Below are positions 1 to 10,475 of a stretch of DNA of 64,000 nucleotides, in pieces. How positions within the stretch are numbered: the stretch's first letter is position 1; each line of letters starts with the position of its first letter. A program made the translations under genes and the position numbers. Under the pieces are notes generated by a model. That model did not search any database. It saw only the letters and a list, made by a program, of their open reading frames with translations, and had not been told where the DNA came from. Origin of the DNA: Candidatus Polarisedimenticolia bacterium (lineage in GTDB: Bacteria; Acidobacteriota; Polarisedimenticolia; Gp22-AA2; AA152); contig DASYRE010000023.1 of the NCBI GenBank assembly GCA_036004685.1, positions 4,305 through 68,304 of the forward strand, in the 5' to 3' direction.

Positions 1-1182
1 CGCATGCTCATCACGGCGGAGATCGCGCTGGCCATGCTGCTGCTCGTCGGGGCGGGGCTGCTGCTCAAGAGCTTCGCCCGCCTGCAGAGCGTCTCCCCGG
101 GGTTCCAGGCGGATCACCTGTTCGTCGCCGACCTGCCGCTGTCGCAGGCGTCGTATGCCGAGCCGGCGCGGCGCGCCGAGTTCTTCGACCGCGTCGTGGA
201 GCGCGCCGCCACGCTGCCAGGGGTGCGCTCCGCGGGGGCCGCGTCGTTCTTGCCGGTGAGCGGCGCCGGCGGCTTGCTGCACTTCAACATCACCGGGCGC
301 CCCCCGAAGGGGCCGCACGACTTCATCGCCGCCGGCTACCGCGTCGTGACGCCCCGTTATTTCGAGACGATGGGGATGCCGGCGGTCAAGGGCCGGCTGC
401 TCACCGCAAGGGACGACGAGCGCGCTCCGTCGGTCGTCGTGATCAACGCGACGATGGCGCGCACCCATTTCCCGGGCCAGGAGGCGCTCGGGCAGCGGCT
501 CCAGCTCGGCGCCACGCCGGACGACAGCATCCCGACGATGGAGGTCGTCGGCGTCGTGGGCGACGTGATTCAGGGGCTCGATCTCGAGCCCAAGGCGGAG
601 ATGTACCTGCCCTACCGCCAGGCGGACCGGATCCTGCCCGCTTTCCAGCTGTCGATCGTGATGCGAACGGCCGGCGAGCCGCTTCTGCAAGCCGCGGCGC
701 TGCGGCGCGCCGTCGCCGAGATCGATCCCAGCCAGCCGCTCGTGCATCCGCGCACCATGGAGGACGACGTGGCCGCCTCGGTGGCGCAGCCGCGGTTTCG
801 CACCTGGCTGATCGGCATCTTCGCCGGCCTGGCGCTGCTGCTCGCCGCGGTCGGGATCTACGGCGTCATGTCGTACAGCGTCACGCAGCGCACCAGCGAG
901 ATCGGCGTGCGCATGGCCCTCGGCGCGCAGCGGCGCGACATCCTGCGCGCCGTGGTGGGTGAGGGGCTGCGCTTCACGCTGCTCGGCGTCGCCCTGGGGC
1001 TCGCGGGCGGGCTTGCCGTCACGCGGCTGCTGCAGGGCTTCCTGTACGGCGTCAGCGCCTCCGATCCCGCCACGTTCGTCGGCGTCGCGGCCCTCCTCGT
1101 CGCGGTCGCCGTGCTGGCCTCGCTCGCCCCCGCGCGGCGCGCCACGCGGGTGGATCCAATCGAGGCCCTGCGCTACGAGTAG
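1..1182 (+). CDS. ABC-type transporter permease, MacB/FtsX family (ADOP-like), C-terminal ~390 aa; 5' end truncated by window edge
   Basis: Open frame runs from nt 1. Large periplasmic domain followed by four TM helices with FtsX-like C-terminus (…GIYGVMSYSVTQRTSEIGVRMALGA…DPIEALRYE*), the same architecture as the complete permease at 3839..6268. High GC3. Confidence 0.75.
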   Translation, partial: RMLITAEIALAMLLLVGAGLLLKSFARLQSVSPGFQADHLFVADLPLSQASYAEPARRAEFFDRVVERAATLPGVRSAGAASFLPVSGAGGLLHFNITGRPPKGPHDFIAAGYRVVTPRYFETMGMPAVKGRLLTARDDERAPSVVVINATMARTHFPGQEALGQRLQLGATPDDSIPTMEVVGVVGDVIQGLDLEPKAEMYLPYRQADRILPAFQLSIVMRTAGEPLLQAAALRRAVAEIDPSQPLVHPRTMEDDVAASVAQPRFRTWLIGIFAGLALLLAAVGIYGVMSYSVTQRTSEIGVRMALGAQRRDILRAVVGEGLRFTLLGVALGLAGGLAVTRLLQGFLYGVSASDPATFVGVAALLVAVAVLASLAPARRATRVDPIEALRYE

Positions 1183-1374
1183 CCCTCACGCCGCCAGCTC
1201 GTGAGCGCTGCCCCCGACCCTCAACCCTAAGCTTGGACGACGAGGGTCGTCGCACCGCCTCAGAGGCCCCAATCACCAGTAGGTCACAATCAGGTCCAGA
1301 CGAAGGAGCCGCGGGCTCCTTATAATGAGCCGTGGAAGTGTTGCAATGAGGACTGCCAGCGAAGACGGATCCCC

Positions 1375-3600
1375 ATGCCCAACATGAAAGCTGCGGCGCT
1401 TTATCGTCCTTTCGTTGTATGGACCGAGTGCATCATTGGGCTCGCCGCGGCGTTGCTTCTCCTCTCGTCGGCCCCGCCAGACCCGTTGCCGCCGCCAGGA
1501 AAGCCCCCCATCGCACCCGTCCGAAAAGTGGTGGATGATTACTTCGGAATCAAGGTCACCGATCCCTACCGCTACCTGGAAAACCTTCAGGATCAGGAAG
1601 TGCAAGCCTGGTTGAAAGCCCAGAACGATTTCACGAAGGCCACGCTCGGGCGCCAACGGGCCCGCGCCAGCCTGTTGGCTCGCGTGAAGGAGCTCGACGA
1701 GTCGGCGCCCGGCCGCGTGGGCGGCATCCGCCGCCTGCCGGCCGGCCCGATTTTCTATCTGAAGGCGTTGTCGAAGGAATCGGTATTCAAGCTCGTCATG
1801 CGGGATCACGGCGCCGGCGAGGAGAGGGTTCTGGTGGACCCGGAGGGAATGGCCGACGGCGGCCCGCCGCACACGATCGATTATTACACGCCGTCGGATG
1901 ACGGAAACTACGTTGCCTACGGAGTGTCGCCGGGCGGCTCGGGAGAGTCCGTCATGCGGATCCTTGACACGCCCACCCGGCAGAACACGGCCGAGATCAT
2001 CGATCGGGCCGAGTTCGGCGATCACATCGGTTGGCGGCCGGATGGCCGGTCATTCTTTTACAATCGGCTTCAGGCGACCCCGACCAATTCGCCGCCCAGT
2101 GAGAAGTATCTCAGGAGCAGAGTCTACCTCCATGTCGTTGGAGCGGATCCCGCGAAGGATGTGCCCGCGTTCGGCTTCGGGGTCTCGCCGCGCGTGAGGC
2201 TGGAACCGGCGGACATCCCCTGGATCATGACCGCACCCGGATCGCGCCATGTGCTGGGTATCGTGCAACACGGAGTGCAAAACGAGGTCACGGTCTACGT
2301 CGCGCCGCTCGATTCGGTCGCCACCCCGGACACCCCCTGGCGCAAGGTCTGCGACGTTGAGGATGACGTCACCAGCGTCGCGCTGCGCGGCGACGATCTC
2401 TACTTGATGACTCACAAGAACGCCTCGCGCTTCAAGGTGATCCACACCCGGGCGTCGAAACCCGATCTGGGTCGCGCTGACGTGATCCTGGCTCCTTCCG
2501 AGGCGGTAGTTACGGATCTCGCCGTGGCGCACGATGCCCTCTACGTCCGGATCCGCGATGGAGCCGGCGGCCGACTCCTGAGGGTCCCCTTCGCAGCCGG
2601 GGCCAAGCCCGAGCCCGTAGAACTGCCCTCGGACACTTCCATCGGGATTGAGCCGAGCGACCCCCGGATCCCGGGCGTCGTCTTTATCGGGATGGGATGG
2701 ACACGAGCCCCCCGGGTCTTCGCCTACGATCCTCGGACGAAACGCGTGGCCAATCTGGGTCTTCTGCCCGCCGGAACGTTCGACTCCCCTCCCTCCCTTG
2801 AAGCGTTGGAAGTGAAGGTGCGCAGCGCCGACGGCACGATGATTCCTCTTTCCATCATCCACACCCGCGGGCTGACGCTCGACGGTTCGCACCCGACGCG
2901 GCTGTACGGCTACGGCGCCTATGGAATATCGATCGACCCCTACTACGACCCGAAGTCTCTCGCCTGGCTCGAGAGAGGCGGCGTTTACGCGGTCGCGCAC
3001 GTGCGCGGTGGCGGCGAATACGGCGAAGACTGGCACCAGGCGGGCCGAAAGCTCACCAAGCCCAACAGCTGGCGCGATTTCATCGCGTGCGCCGAATATC
3101 TGATCGCCCGGAAGTTCACGTCACCGGCGCATCTCGCCGCCGAGGGCAGAAGCTCGGGCGGCGCCCTGGTCGGGCGGGTCATCACCGAGCGGCCGGATCT
3201 CTTCGGGGCCGCGATCCTAGAGGCCGGCGACACCGACTCCTTGCGGACCGAGCTCATGGAGACCGGCCCGGCGAACATCCCCGAATTCGGCACGGTGAAA
3301 GAGCGCGACGGATTCAAGGCTCTCTACGACATGAGCGCCTACGCGCATGTCATCGAGGGCGCGCGCTACCCGGCCGTCATGCTGCTCACGGGGATCAAGG
3401 ACCACAACGTGGCTCCTTGGCAGCCGGCCAAGATGGCTGCCCGCCTGCAGGCGGCGACCACCGGTGGCAGACCCGTCCTGCTGCGCGTCGAATACGAGAG
3501 CGGGCACGGCATCGCGTCCACGAGGAAGCAGTGGCAAGAACAGCTGGCGGACAAGTTGGCGTTCCTCTTCTGGCAACTCGACCCAACCGCGCCGCCCTAG
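1375..3600 (+). CDS. S9A prolyl oligopeptidase family serine peptidase (secreted)
   Basis: 741 aa. N-terminal hydrophobic signal (MPNMKAAALYRPFVVWTECIIGLAAALLLLSSA). N-terminal beta-propeller region then C-terminal alpha/beta hydrolase with GxSxGG nucleophile motif (EGRSSGGALVG) and downstream D/H. Typical POP length. Confidence 0.8.
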   Translation: MPNMKAAALYRPFVVWTECIIGLAAALLLLSSAPPDPLPPPGKPPIAPVRKVVDDYFGIKVTDPYRYLENLQDQEVQAWLKAQNDFTKATLGRQRARASLLARVKELDESAPGRVGGIRRLPAGPIFYLKALSKESVFKLVMRDHGAGEERVLVDPEGMADGGPPHTIDYYTPSDDGNYVAYGVSPGGSGESVMRILDTPTRQNTAEIIDRAEFGDHIGWRPDGRSFFYNRLQATPTNSPPSEKYLRSRVYLHVVGADPAKDVPAFGFGVSPRVRLEPADIPWIMTAPGSRHVLGIVQHGVQNEVTVYVAPLDSVATPDTPWRKVCDVEDDVTSVALRGDDLYLMTHKNASRFKVIHTRASKPDLGRADVILAPSEAVVTDLAVAHDALYVRIRDGAGGRLLRVPFAAGAKPEPVELPSDTSIGIEPSDPRIPGVVFIGMGWTRAPRVFAYDPRTKRVANLGLLPAGTFDSPPSLEALEVKVRSADGTMIPLSIIHTRGLTLDGSHPTRLYGYGAYGISIDPYYDPKSLAWLERGGVYAVAHVRGGGEYGEDWHQAGRKLTKPNSWRDFIACAEYLIARKFTSPAHLAAEGRSSGGALVGRVITERPDLFGAAILEAGDTDSLRTELMETGPANIPEFGTVKERDGFKALYDMSAYAHVIEGARYPAVMLLTGIKDHNVAPWQPAKMAARLQAATTGGRPVLLRVEYESGHGIASTRKQWQEQLADKLAFLFWQLDPTAPP

Positions 3601-3708
3601 GTGGCATCGGGTTCGGGTTCCCCTTCACGGAATCCTTGTAAAGCGGAGTGCATTTCGGTACGCGAAATCCGTCGATACGAGGAGGCACAAATAGTGGAGA
3701 AAGGAGAG

Positions 3709-3736
3709 CTTGCCGAATCGGCGAGTGGTTTAGAAT
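3709..3736 (+). promoter_or_regulatory. Putative sigma70-type promoter for tRNA-Leu (-35 CTTGCC, 16-nt spacer, -10 TAGAAT)
   Basis: CTTGCC at 3709-3714 and TAGAAT at 3731-3736. The -10 ends 7 nt before the predicted mature 5' end of the tRNA (3744). A/T-rich hexamers stand out in 68% GC DNA. Confidence 0.35.
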
Positions 3737-3743
3737 CAACCAT

Positions 3744-3828
3744 GCGAAAGTGGCGGAACTGGCAGACGCGCCGGACTTAGGATCCGGTGGGGAAACCCTT
3801 GGGGGTTCGAATCCCCCCTTTCGCACCA
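3744..3828 (+). tRNA. tRNA-Leu (anticodon TAG), encoded CCA
   Basis: 7-bp acceptor stem GCGAAAG/CTTTCGC. D-arm TGGCGGAACTGGCAGACGCGCC. Anticodon stem-loop CCGGA-CT-TAG-GA-TCCGG. Long variable arm (class II tRNA). T-arm GGGGGTTCGAATCCCCC. Discriminator A followed by CCA. Confidence 0.85.
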
Positions 3829-3838
3829 ACCCTCTTCA

Positions 3839-6268
3839 TCATTCTTCCCGCAAGGCGATCAGAGGATCGACGCGGCTCGTGCGGCGGGCGGGAACGTAGG
3901 CGCTGATCAACCCCACGGATGCCACGACCAGCGCGGCTGCGGCGAGGCTCACCGGATCCCCCGGCTCGACCTCGAAGAGCAGCGCGCGCAGAAATCGCGT
4001 CGTGGCGACCGCGGCGAGCACGCCCGCCACGACGCCGCCCGCGACGAGGAGCGCCGCATCGTGCATCACCAACCCCATCACCTGGCGGGACGAGGCGCCG
4101 AGGGCCACGCGGATCCCGATCTCGCGAGTCCGCTGCCGCACCTGCCACGAGATGATCGTTCCGAGCCCGAGGGCCGCGAGCGCGGTGGCCGTGGTCGCAA
4201 ACAGGCCGAAGACCGCCGCCGTGAAGCGCGGGTGCTCGACCTCCTGCGACACGGCGTCGCTGAGCACCACGACGTCGTCGATCGGCAGGTCCCGATCGAT
4301 GGCGCGGACTTCGGCGCGAATGGCGGCCGCCAGCGTCCCCGGATCGCCGTCGGCGCGCAGCACGAACGTTTGCACCGGGTAGGGGCATTGCGCCGAACTG
4401 ATGTAGAGATCGAGCCGCGGGTCGCGCAAGCCGCGATACTTCGCGTCGCCGACGATGCCGACGACCGTGAACCACTGCTTGTCGTAGGGCGAGCCGGGCA
4501 GCGGAAACTGCAGGCGCCGCCCGAGTACCGGGCCCTCGGGCCAGAACCGTCGGGCGAAGCTCCGGCCCACGACGGCCACCCCGGGCCGGCCGTCGCGATC
4601 GTCGGCATGGATGTCCCGTCCTTCGAGTAAGGGAATACCCAGCGTGGCGAAGTAACCGGGGGAGATGGCTTCGAGATTCGTGAGCGGGTTCCGCCGGGCG
4701 TCCGCGGGGCTCTGGCCTTCGATGATGACCGACCAGTCCATGCCGACTGTCCCCCAGAACGGACGCAGCAGCACGGCCGCCGTCCGGCGCACGCCGGGCA
4801 GAGTCGCAAGCCGCGGGAGCAGCCGGTCGGCGAACCGCAGGCTGTCTTCCGCCTTTGGATAGCGGCTCGGCGGCTGCGGGACGGCGAAGGCCAGCACCCG
4901 GTCGGCGCGGAAGCCCACGTCCACGGCGCGCAACTTGAGGAAAGACCGGCCGACGAGGCCGGCCGCAACGATCAGCACGACGGAGAGCGCAATCTCCCCC
5001 GAGACAAGCACGCGGCGGAGCACCGCACGATCTCCGGAGAGCGCGCCTCCGCCTCGCTTCAGCACGGTCTGCACGTCGGCTGTCGTGGCCTGCAACGCGG
5101 GAATCAGCGCGCAGAGGACGGTCACGATCGACACCAAGCCGAGCGCGAAGGCGAGCACGCGTCCGTCGACGCCGACGTCGGCGAGCCGGGGGATGTCGGC
5201 GGGCCCCCACAGCTTCGCCACTTCGACCAGGCCGATGGCGAGCAGGAGGCCGAGCGTTCCGCTCGCGGCGACCAGTAACGACGATTCGGCGAACGCCTGG
5301 CGCACGAGATGCGATCGCTCGGCGCCGAGCGCCACGCGCATCGCGACGTCGCGGGCGCGGGCGGCGCCGCGCACCAGGAGCAAGCCTCCGACGTTGGTGC
5401 AGGCGACCGCGAGTAGCACGAGCACCGCGGCCAGCAGCGCCCACAGAGCCGGACGCGTGTCACCCAGCAGCTCGCGCGCCAGCGGCATCACCGACAGCTC
5501 CTCCCGCCCGCGCGCAGGATGGAACTTGCGTGCGATCTCGTCGACCGGCGTGGACAGATCCGCGCGGACGCCGTCGGGCGTGACGCCCTTTTTCATCCGT
5601 CCGATCATCTCCATCCATCCGGCGCCGCGCTCCTCAACGTATTCGGGGACGGCGTGCGCGACCGTCACCCACAGATCGGTCCCCGCCGGATAGGCGAACC
5701 ACCGCGGCGCCACACCCGCGAGGAGGAACGCCCGGCCGTCGAGCGTCAGGCTGCGCCCGACGACGGTCGGATCGGCGCCAAAGCGCCTGCGCCAGAACCC
5801 GTCGCTCATCACCACGCTGGGAGGTGACGCTGGATCATCGTCGACGGTCGTGAGGGTCCGCCCGATGGCGGCGGAGACGCCGAGCACGTCGAAGAAATTT
5901 CCCGACACGATTCTCATCGGCACCTGCACGGGATCGTCCTGGCCCGTCAGGGTCATTCCGGTGCCGGTGTTCTGCACCGCGACCACGGCCTCGAGGCTGC
6001 GGCCGATGCCGGCGATGTCGCGGACATCCGGCCAGGAGAACGCCCGCCGCACCGTGTCGCGGCCCGGGGCTACCCCCCAGATTCCGACGAGCCGGTCGGC
6101 GCGCGGGAAGGGCAGCGTCCGCAGGACGACGCCGTTCACGATGGTGAAGACCGCGACGGAAGCGCCGATCGCGGTGGCCAGGCAGGCGATGGAAGCGAAG
6201 GTCACCGACGGCGTCCGGGCCAGGGATCGTGCCGACTGCCGGAGCTCGGTCATGAAATCGTCCAGCAT
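3839..6268 (-). CDS. MacB-like ABC permease with two FtsX domains and no ATPase domain (Acidobacterial duplicated orphan permease, ADOP-type)
   Basis: 809 aa from ATG at 6268 preceded by GGAGG (ggaggcagcATG). [50 protein letters not shown]-terminus, periplasmic domain, FtsX block, second periplasmic domain, second FtsX block ending …DPLIALREE*. The longer ORF start at 6364 is Arg-rich and lacks an RBS. Confidence 0.8.
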   Translation of the reverse strand: MLDDFMTELRQSARSLARTPSVTFASIACLATAIGASVAVFTIVNGVVLRTLPFPRADRLVGIWGVAPGRDTVRRAFSWPDVRDIAGIGRSLEAVVAVQNTGTGMTLTGQDDPVQVPMRIVSGNFFDVLGVSAAIGRTLTTVDDDPASPPSVVMSDGFWRRRFGADPTVVGRSLTLDGRAFLLAGVAPRWFAYPAGTDLWVTVAHAVPEYVEERGAGWMEMIGRMKKGVTPDGVRADLSTPVDEIARKFHPARGREELSVMPLARELLGDTRPALWALLAAVLVLLAVACTNVGGLLLVRGAARARDVAMRVALGAERSHLVRQAFAESSLLVAASGTLGLLLAIGLVEVAKLWGPADIPRLADVGVDGRVLAFALGLVSIVTVLCALIPALQATTADVQTVLKRGGGALSGDRAVLRRVLVSGEIALSVVLIVAAGLVGRSFLKLRAVDVGFRADRVLAFAVPQPPSRYPKAEDSLRFADRLLPRLATLPGVRRTAAVLLRPFWGTVGMDWSVIIEGQSPADARRNPLTNLEAISPGYFATLGIPLLEGRDIHADDRDGRPGVAVVGRSFARRFWPEGPVLGRRLQFPLPGSPYDKQWFTVVGIVGDAKYRGLRDPRLDLYISSAQCPYPVQTFVLRADGDPGTLAAAIRAEVRAIDRDLPIDDVVVLSDAVSQEVEHPRFTAAVFGLFATTATALAALGLGTIISWQVRQRTREIGIRVALGASSRQVMGLVMHDAALLVAGGVVAGVLAAVATTRFLRALLFEVEPGDPVSLAAAALVVASVGLISAYVPARRTSRVDPLIALREE

Positions 6269-6580
6269 GCTGCCTCCAACCCCGGATCGCGACCGCCGTA
6301 CGATCGCTCGTTGCCTCCGAGCGCTTGTCACTGGTGCAGACCCGCTGGACGCGCCCAGACCCATCGCTCATCCCCGATGAACGCCGCCGGAGCGCGATGT
6401 CTTCGTGATAGTTGCGTCGCAAGCGTGCGGTTCAAGACCGCACTTCTCGTAGTACGGGAGGATCGGGAGAAGGTTTCCGAGCCGGGAGTCATGGGACGGG
6501 CGCGACCGGTCCGGACGCAGTGATCCTCGCGCCGAGCAGTTCCGGTCGCCGGTGGAAGCGCGGGATCGTGATATCTCGAG

Positions 6581-8254
6581 CTATCGGGGCGACACCTTCG
6601 ACAAGGCCGCGAGGCGAGCCGCCTCGAATTCGTCGCCCGCATTCCACTTCGGCATCTGCGGTGACTGGGCTACGTCCAGGCCGAGATAGAAGTCGAGCTG
6701 GAGATCCTGCACGGCGCCCCGGAGATCCCAGTCGGAGTGAATCTCGTCGCTCGGCTGGTGGTAGTCCGTGGATTCGTATTTGTCGTACTGCTCTTTTCCC
6801 CACCCCGCGGGCTTGCCGATGATCTCGAGACCCGACTCGAAATAGGCCGCCGGCACGCCGATCTTCGCCAGATTGAACTGATCGGAGCGGTAAAAGTACC
6901 CGCGATCGGGGAACTGGTCCGCCTTCACCACCCGGCCCTGCATCCTCGCGATCGCCTCGATCTTGCCGTCCAGGGTCGATTTCCCCTTGCCGATGAAGGT
7001 GAGGTCCCGAGCCGGGCCCCAGATCGAGATCCCGTCGATGTTGATCACGGCGGCCATCCGTCCCGGCTCGATCACAGGATGCTCCGCGAAGTATTTCGAG
7101 CCGAGGAGCCCTTGCTCCTCGGCGGCGACGGCGGCGAAAAGGATCGAGCGCTTCGGCTTCACCGAGAGCGCGTTGTAGGCGCGGACGAGGGTGATGAGGC
7201 TGGCGACGCCGCTGGCGTTGTCGAGCGCCCCGTTGTAGATCGCGTCCTCGCCCGCCTTGGCCCCTTCCTTCTTTCCAAGGTGATCGTGGTGGGCCATGTA
7301 CACCACCGCCTGCTTGGACGACTTGGGATCGGACCCGGGCAGGATTCCGAGGACGTTGGCCGTCTTCACGTGCCGGATCTTATTGGCCATTTCGAGCGAC
7401 AACCTGGTCCCCAGGAGCACGGGCCGAAAGTCCTTCTTCTGCGCCGCGGCTCTCAGCGCGTCCAGGTCCTTCCCCGAAAGCGCCGCCAGCCTCCTGCTGG
7501 CGTCTTCCGTCGCCCATCCGTTGAACGCGGTCGTCGGACCGCCTTCCGCCGGAATCTCGAACTGCTCTCCGGACCAGGAGGTCTGGACCACCTGCCACGG
7601 GTATCCGGCCGATTCGGTCGTGTGGATGATGATCGCCCCGGCCGCCCCCTTGGCGGCCGCCATCTCGAACTTATAGGTCCAGCGACCGTAGTAGAGCCTC
7701 GTCTTGCCCGCGAACAGCGCCGGATCCGCCGAGGGATCGTTGTTCATCATCAGAAGGACCTTCCCGCGCACGTCGACGTCCTTGTAGTCGTCCCAGCCGT
7801 ATTCGGGCGCGACGATCCCGTACCCGACGAAGACGACCTCGGCGTCGTGGACGCTCGAAGTCGCGGACTGGCCGCCCGAAACGCCGATGTATTCGTCGGA
7901 ATACTTGAGCGACAGGTGTTTTCCCGCGTTCTCGAACTGGATCGTCGGGGGCGCCCCGCTGTCGACCCCGACGAGCTCGAACTCCTGGAGCCACGATCCG
8001 CTGGGACCGGCCGGCCGCAGCCCTTCCGCCTCGAACTGGGTCGCGATGTAGGCCTGCGCGAGCCGGTCGCCGGTGGAGGCGGGGCCCCTTCCTTCCAGGA
8101 GATCGCCGGAGAGGAAGCGGATATGCCCGAGCAGCGTGTCGGCCCGGATCGACTGGGCCGCGCGCCGCGCATCGCTCGTGGGCTGATAGGTCGAGACGAC
8201 CGCGAGGGCCGCCGAAACCGGGAACGCGATGGCCGCCAGGATGATCTTCTTCAT
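6581..8254 (-). CDS. M28 family peptidase with PA domain (secreted aminopeptidase/carboxypeptidase)
   Basis: 557 aa. Signal peptide MKKIILAAIAFPVSAALAVV. M28 metal-binding blocks (HHDHLGK…, NGALDNASGVASLI, AAEEQGLLGS, …D…H). Strong GC3 bias. The opposite-strand ORF 6737..8260 rejected. Confidence 0.8.
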   Translation of the reverse strand: MKKIILAAIAFPVSAALAVVSTYQPTSDARRAAQSIRADTLLGHIRFLSGDLLEGRGPASTGDRLAQAYIATQFEAEGLRPAGPSGSWLQEFELVGVDSGAPPTIQFENAGKHLSLKYSDEYIGVSGGQSATSSVHDAEVVFVGYGIVAPEYGWDDYKDVDVRGKVLLMMNNDPSADPALFAGKTRLYYGRWTYKFEMAAAKGAAGAIIIHTTESAGYPWQVVQTSWSGEQFEIPAEGGPTTAFNGWATEDASRRLAALSGKDLDALRAAAQKKDFRPVLLGTRLSLEMANKIRHVKTANVLGILPGSDPKSSKQAVVYMAHHDHLGKKEGAKAGEDAIYNGALDNASGVASLITLVRAYNALSVKPKRSILFAAVAAEEQGLLGSKYFAEHPVIEPGRMAAVINIDGISIWGPARDLTFIGKGKSTLDGKIEAIARMQGRVVKADQFPDRGYFYRSDQFNLAKIGVPAAYFESGLEIIGKPAGWGKEQYDKYESTDYHQPSDEIHSDWDLRGAVQDLQLDFYLGLDVAQSPQMPKWNAGDEFEAARLAALSKVSPR

Positions 8255-8430
8255 GGGTGATCGAACCCTCCAAGGGAGTGGACGCGATCGAGCTTCGTAC
8301 TCTCATCCCGTCCGCGCTGTCAAGGGGCCGAGCGGGCAGCGCGTCGCAGCGGACGGCAGCCCCGCTCGTCGAGACCGGACGGCAAGGCACGCCTCGAGGC
8401 GGATCGGCGGGCGCGAAGCGGCGCACCCGT

Positions 8431-10275
8431 TCAGGGCGTGGGCGCGGGCAGGATGCGCGCGAGATCCACTTCGTACAGATTGCCGAGGCCGTTCTCGATG
8501 CCGTGGATGCGCCCGACCAGCTCGGCGTAGGTCCAGGGCGCCGCGCGGGCCTCGGTGGGTACGCCCCGCTCGCTCGCGAAGAGGAGCCGCCTTCCGTCGG
8601 GCGAGAGGCGGGGACTGTACTCGCGGGCCGCGGTGTTGAGGCGCGGGCCGAGACTCTGCGGCGCCAGCCACCGGCCGTCCTGCCGGTAGCTGACGTAAAG
8701 GTCGCTGTCACCCTGGGAGTCGTCTCTTCCGGCGGCAGTCAGAACGAGAAAGCTCTCGTCGGGAGCGATCGCCACTTCGAGGTTGAATAGATTCGGACCG
8801 TTGATGGCATCTCCCAGGTTCGTGGGCTCCCCGTAACCTTCCCCTTCCGGCTCCGCCGTCCACACGTCCACGAGCCCTTTGCCGCCGGGCCGATCCGAGG
8901 TGAAGTAGAGCGTGCCGTCGCGAGCCTCGGCCGCGAAGTGGTTGCCCCAGTCGCCGTTGATCGGCCGGTCGAGCGGGCGCGGTGCGCCCCAGCCGCCGGC
9001 CGTCCGTTCCATCCGCCACACGTTGTAGCGGTCGTTCGGCACGCCGGCGGAGAGGGGGCGATCCGAGATGAAATAGAGCCGCTTTCCATCGAGGGAGACC
9101 GTGACGTCGAAATCACGCCACGTTCCCGAAAACGACGCGACGCTCGGCTCGCTCCAGCCTTTTCCGTGCCGGCGCGCCATGAGCACGGTGTAGTTCTGCG
9201 ACCGTGGAATGGAACGGTTGAAGAACAGGGTCGCTCCACCGTCGGCGAGCTGGCCGCCGAACTCGTCGGCGGGAGTGGAAATCACGCCCTCTCCCACGAG
9301 ATGGAGCAGCGGACGGCCCTCGGGCCCCAGGCGCTCGACCGGCACGCGATAGATGTTGCCCGCGCCGTTGAGCACGGAGCGCCGGGCGCGCTCGAGCGCG
9401 CCGGCGTTCGGGCGGTGCGGCATGGGGACGTGGAAGGCCCCGCGCTCGCTCGCGAACGTGAACCAATGCCCGTCGGCGGAGAACGCCGGGGTGGTTTCGG
9501 CGGCCGGAGAGTTGAGGGGCGGATCAAGATGGACGGGAGCGCTCCAGCCGCCCGCACCCGACCTCGACAGATAGAGGTCGGCGCGCGGGTAGGGCGCGCC
9601 GCCTTCCCGGAGCTCACCGTCTCGTCCGATGGCCACGAAGACGACCAACGAACCGTCGGGGGAGACGGCAGGCTGCGTTTCGGTCGCTTCGCTATTGAGC
9701 GCCGACAGGTTTTCCGGCTCGCCGAAGCGGCCATCGACCCATCGCGAGCGATACAGATCGAGGCCGCCCTTGCCTCCCGGACGGAACGACGCGAAGTACA
9801 GCGTGCCGTCCTCGGCGACGGAGGGGCTGCCCTCGAACCCCGCCGTGTTGATCGGGGCGCCCAGATTCCTGGGCTCTCCCCACCCACCGCCCGCGGCGCG
9901 CTCGAGAACCCAAAGGTTGTAGTCGGCCGCTTCTCCGCTCGACGAGCCGTCGTGCGGCCGGTCGGAGGTGAAGAACAATCGGCGGCCGTCGGTGGAGACC
10001 GCGGCGCCGAAATCGGAATAGCGGCCGGAGAAGGGAGCCACGCGCGGCTCGGACCAGCGGCCGTCCCGCCACTCCGTCTCGCAGATGACGAGACGAGGCG
10101 GGGAGTTCGTCGTGGGGGTGCGCTTCGTGAAGTAGGCGCTTCGGCCGTCCGGCGTGGCGGCAAAGCCGAACTCGTCGTCCGGCGTCGAAATCACGCCGGG
10201 CGCGACCATCGCGGGATCACCCGGTGGCCCGGCGCAGGACGGCCGGAATCCCACCCCCAGGCTTAGGAACGCCAT
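8431..10275 (-). CDS. PD40/WD40-like beta-propeller repeat protein (TolB-C-terminal-like), probably exported
   Basis: Many repeats of the PD40 signature (…SPDGR.L.F.SDR.G..DLY…), ~10 copies. Start uncertain: ORF extends to 10446, but codon usage upstream of the ATG at 10275 (MAFLSLGVGF…) is GC3-poor. Stop at 8431. Confidence 0.65.
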   Translation of the reverse strand: MAFLSLGVGFRPSCAGPPGDPAMVAPGVISTPDDEFGFAATPDGRSAYFTKRTPTTNSPPRLVICETEWRDGRWSEPRVAPFSGRYSDFGAAVSTDGRRLFFTSDRPHDGSSSGEAADYNLWVLERAAGGGWGEPRNLGAPINTAGFEGSPSVAEDGTLYFASFRPGGKGGLDLYRSRWVDGRFGEPENLSALNSEATETQPAVSPDGSLVVFVAIGRDGELREGGAPYPRADLYLSRSGAGGWSAPVHLDPPLNSPAAETTPAFSADGHWFTFASERGAFHVPMPHRPNAGALERARRSVLNGAGNIYRVPVERLGPEGRPLLHLVGEGVISTPADEFGGQLADGGATLFFNRSIPRSQNYTVLMARRHGKGWSEPSVASFSGTWRDFDVTVSLDGKRLYFISDRPLSAGVPNDRYNVWRMERTAGGWGAPRPLDRPINGDWGNHFAAEARDGTLYFTSDRPGGKGLVDVWTAEPEGEGYGEPTNLGDAINGPNLFNLEVAIAPDESFLVLTAAGRDDSQGDSDLYVSYRQDGRWLAPQSLGPRLNTAAREYSPRLSPDGRRLLFASERGVPTEARAAPWTYAELVGRIHGIENGLGNLYEVDLARILPAPTP

Positions 10276-10475
10276 GGCCAAGCCGGTCCCGCGCGCAACT
10301 CGAATGACTCCGACGCACATGCAGCTCGCCGATGGTAGGTCAGCCTTCCGGAAGGTCCTTGGCGCTTTCATGGTGCGCCTAAGCCAATCCGTTCCGTCGG
10401 CCTGCGGTCGATTCCCGAGGCTCCCCTTCGGGCCACCCCAGGGCATGCATCACGACGTGGCCCGGTTGCGCCGGA

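Noticed and set aside
1273-2025. 250-aa minus-strand ORF
   Set aside because: Opposite strand of the prolyl oligopeptidase N-terminus. No coding signal.
3777-5444. 555-aa Arg/Ala/Pro-rich minus-strand ORF (and 4078..4968, 5122..5463)
   Set aside because: Alternate frames of the real permease gene 3839..6268. Extreme Arg/Pro content, no motifs.
6269-6580. Hairpin GTGCGGT-tcaaga-ACCGCAC (about 6420-6445) as terminator
   Set aside because: No adjacent U-tract on either strand. Left as unannotated structure.
6737-8260. 507-aa plus-strand ORF
   Set aside because: Antisense to the M28 peptidase gene, which has clear catalytic motifs and a signal peptide.
8938-10266. 442-aa plus-strand ORF and several 100-170-aa ORFs within 8700-10200
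   Set aside because: Antisense/alternate frame of the PD40 repeat protein. No motifs.
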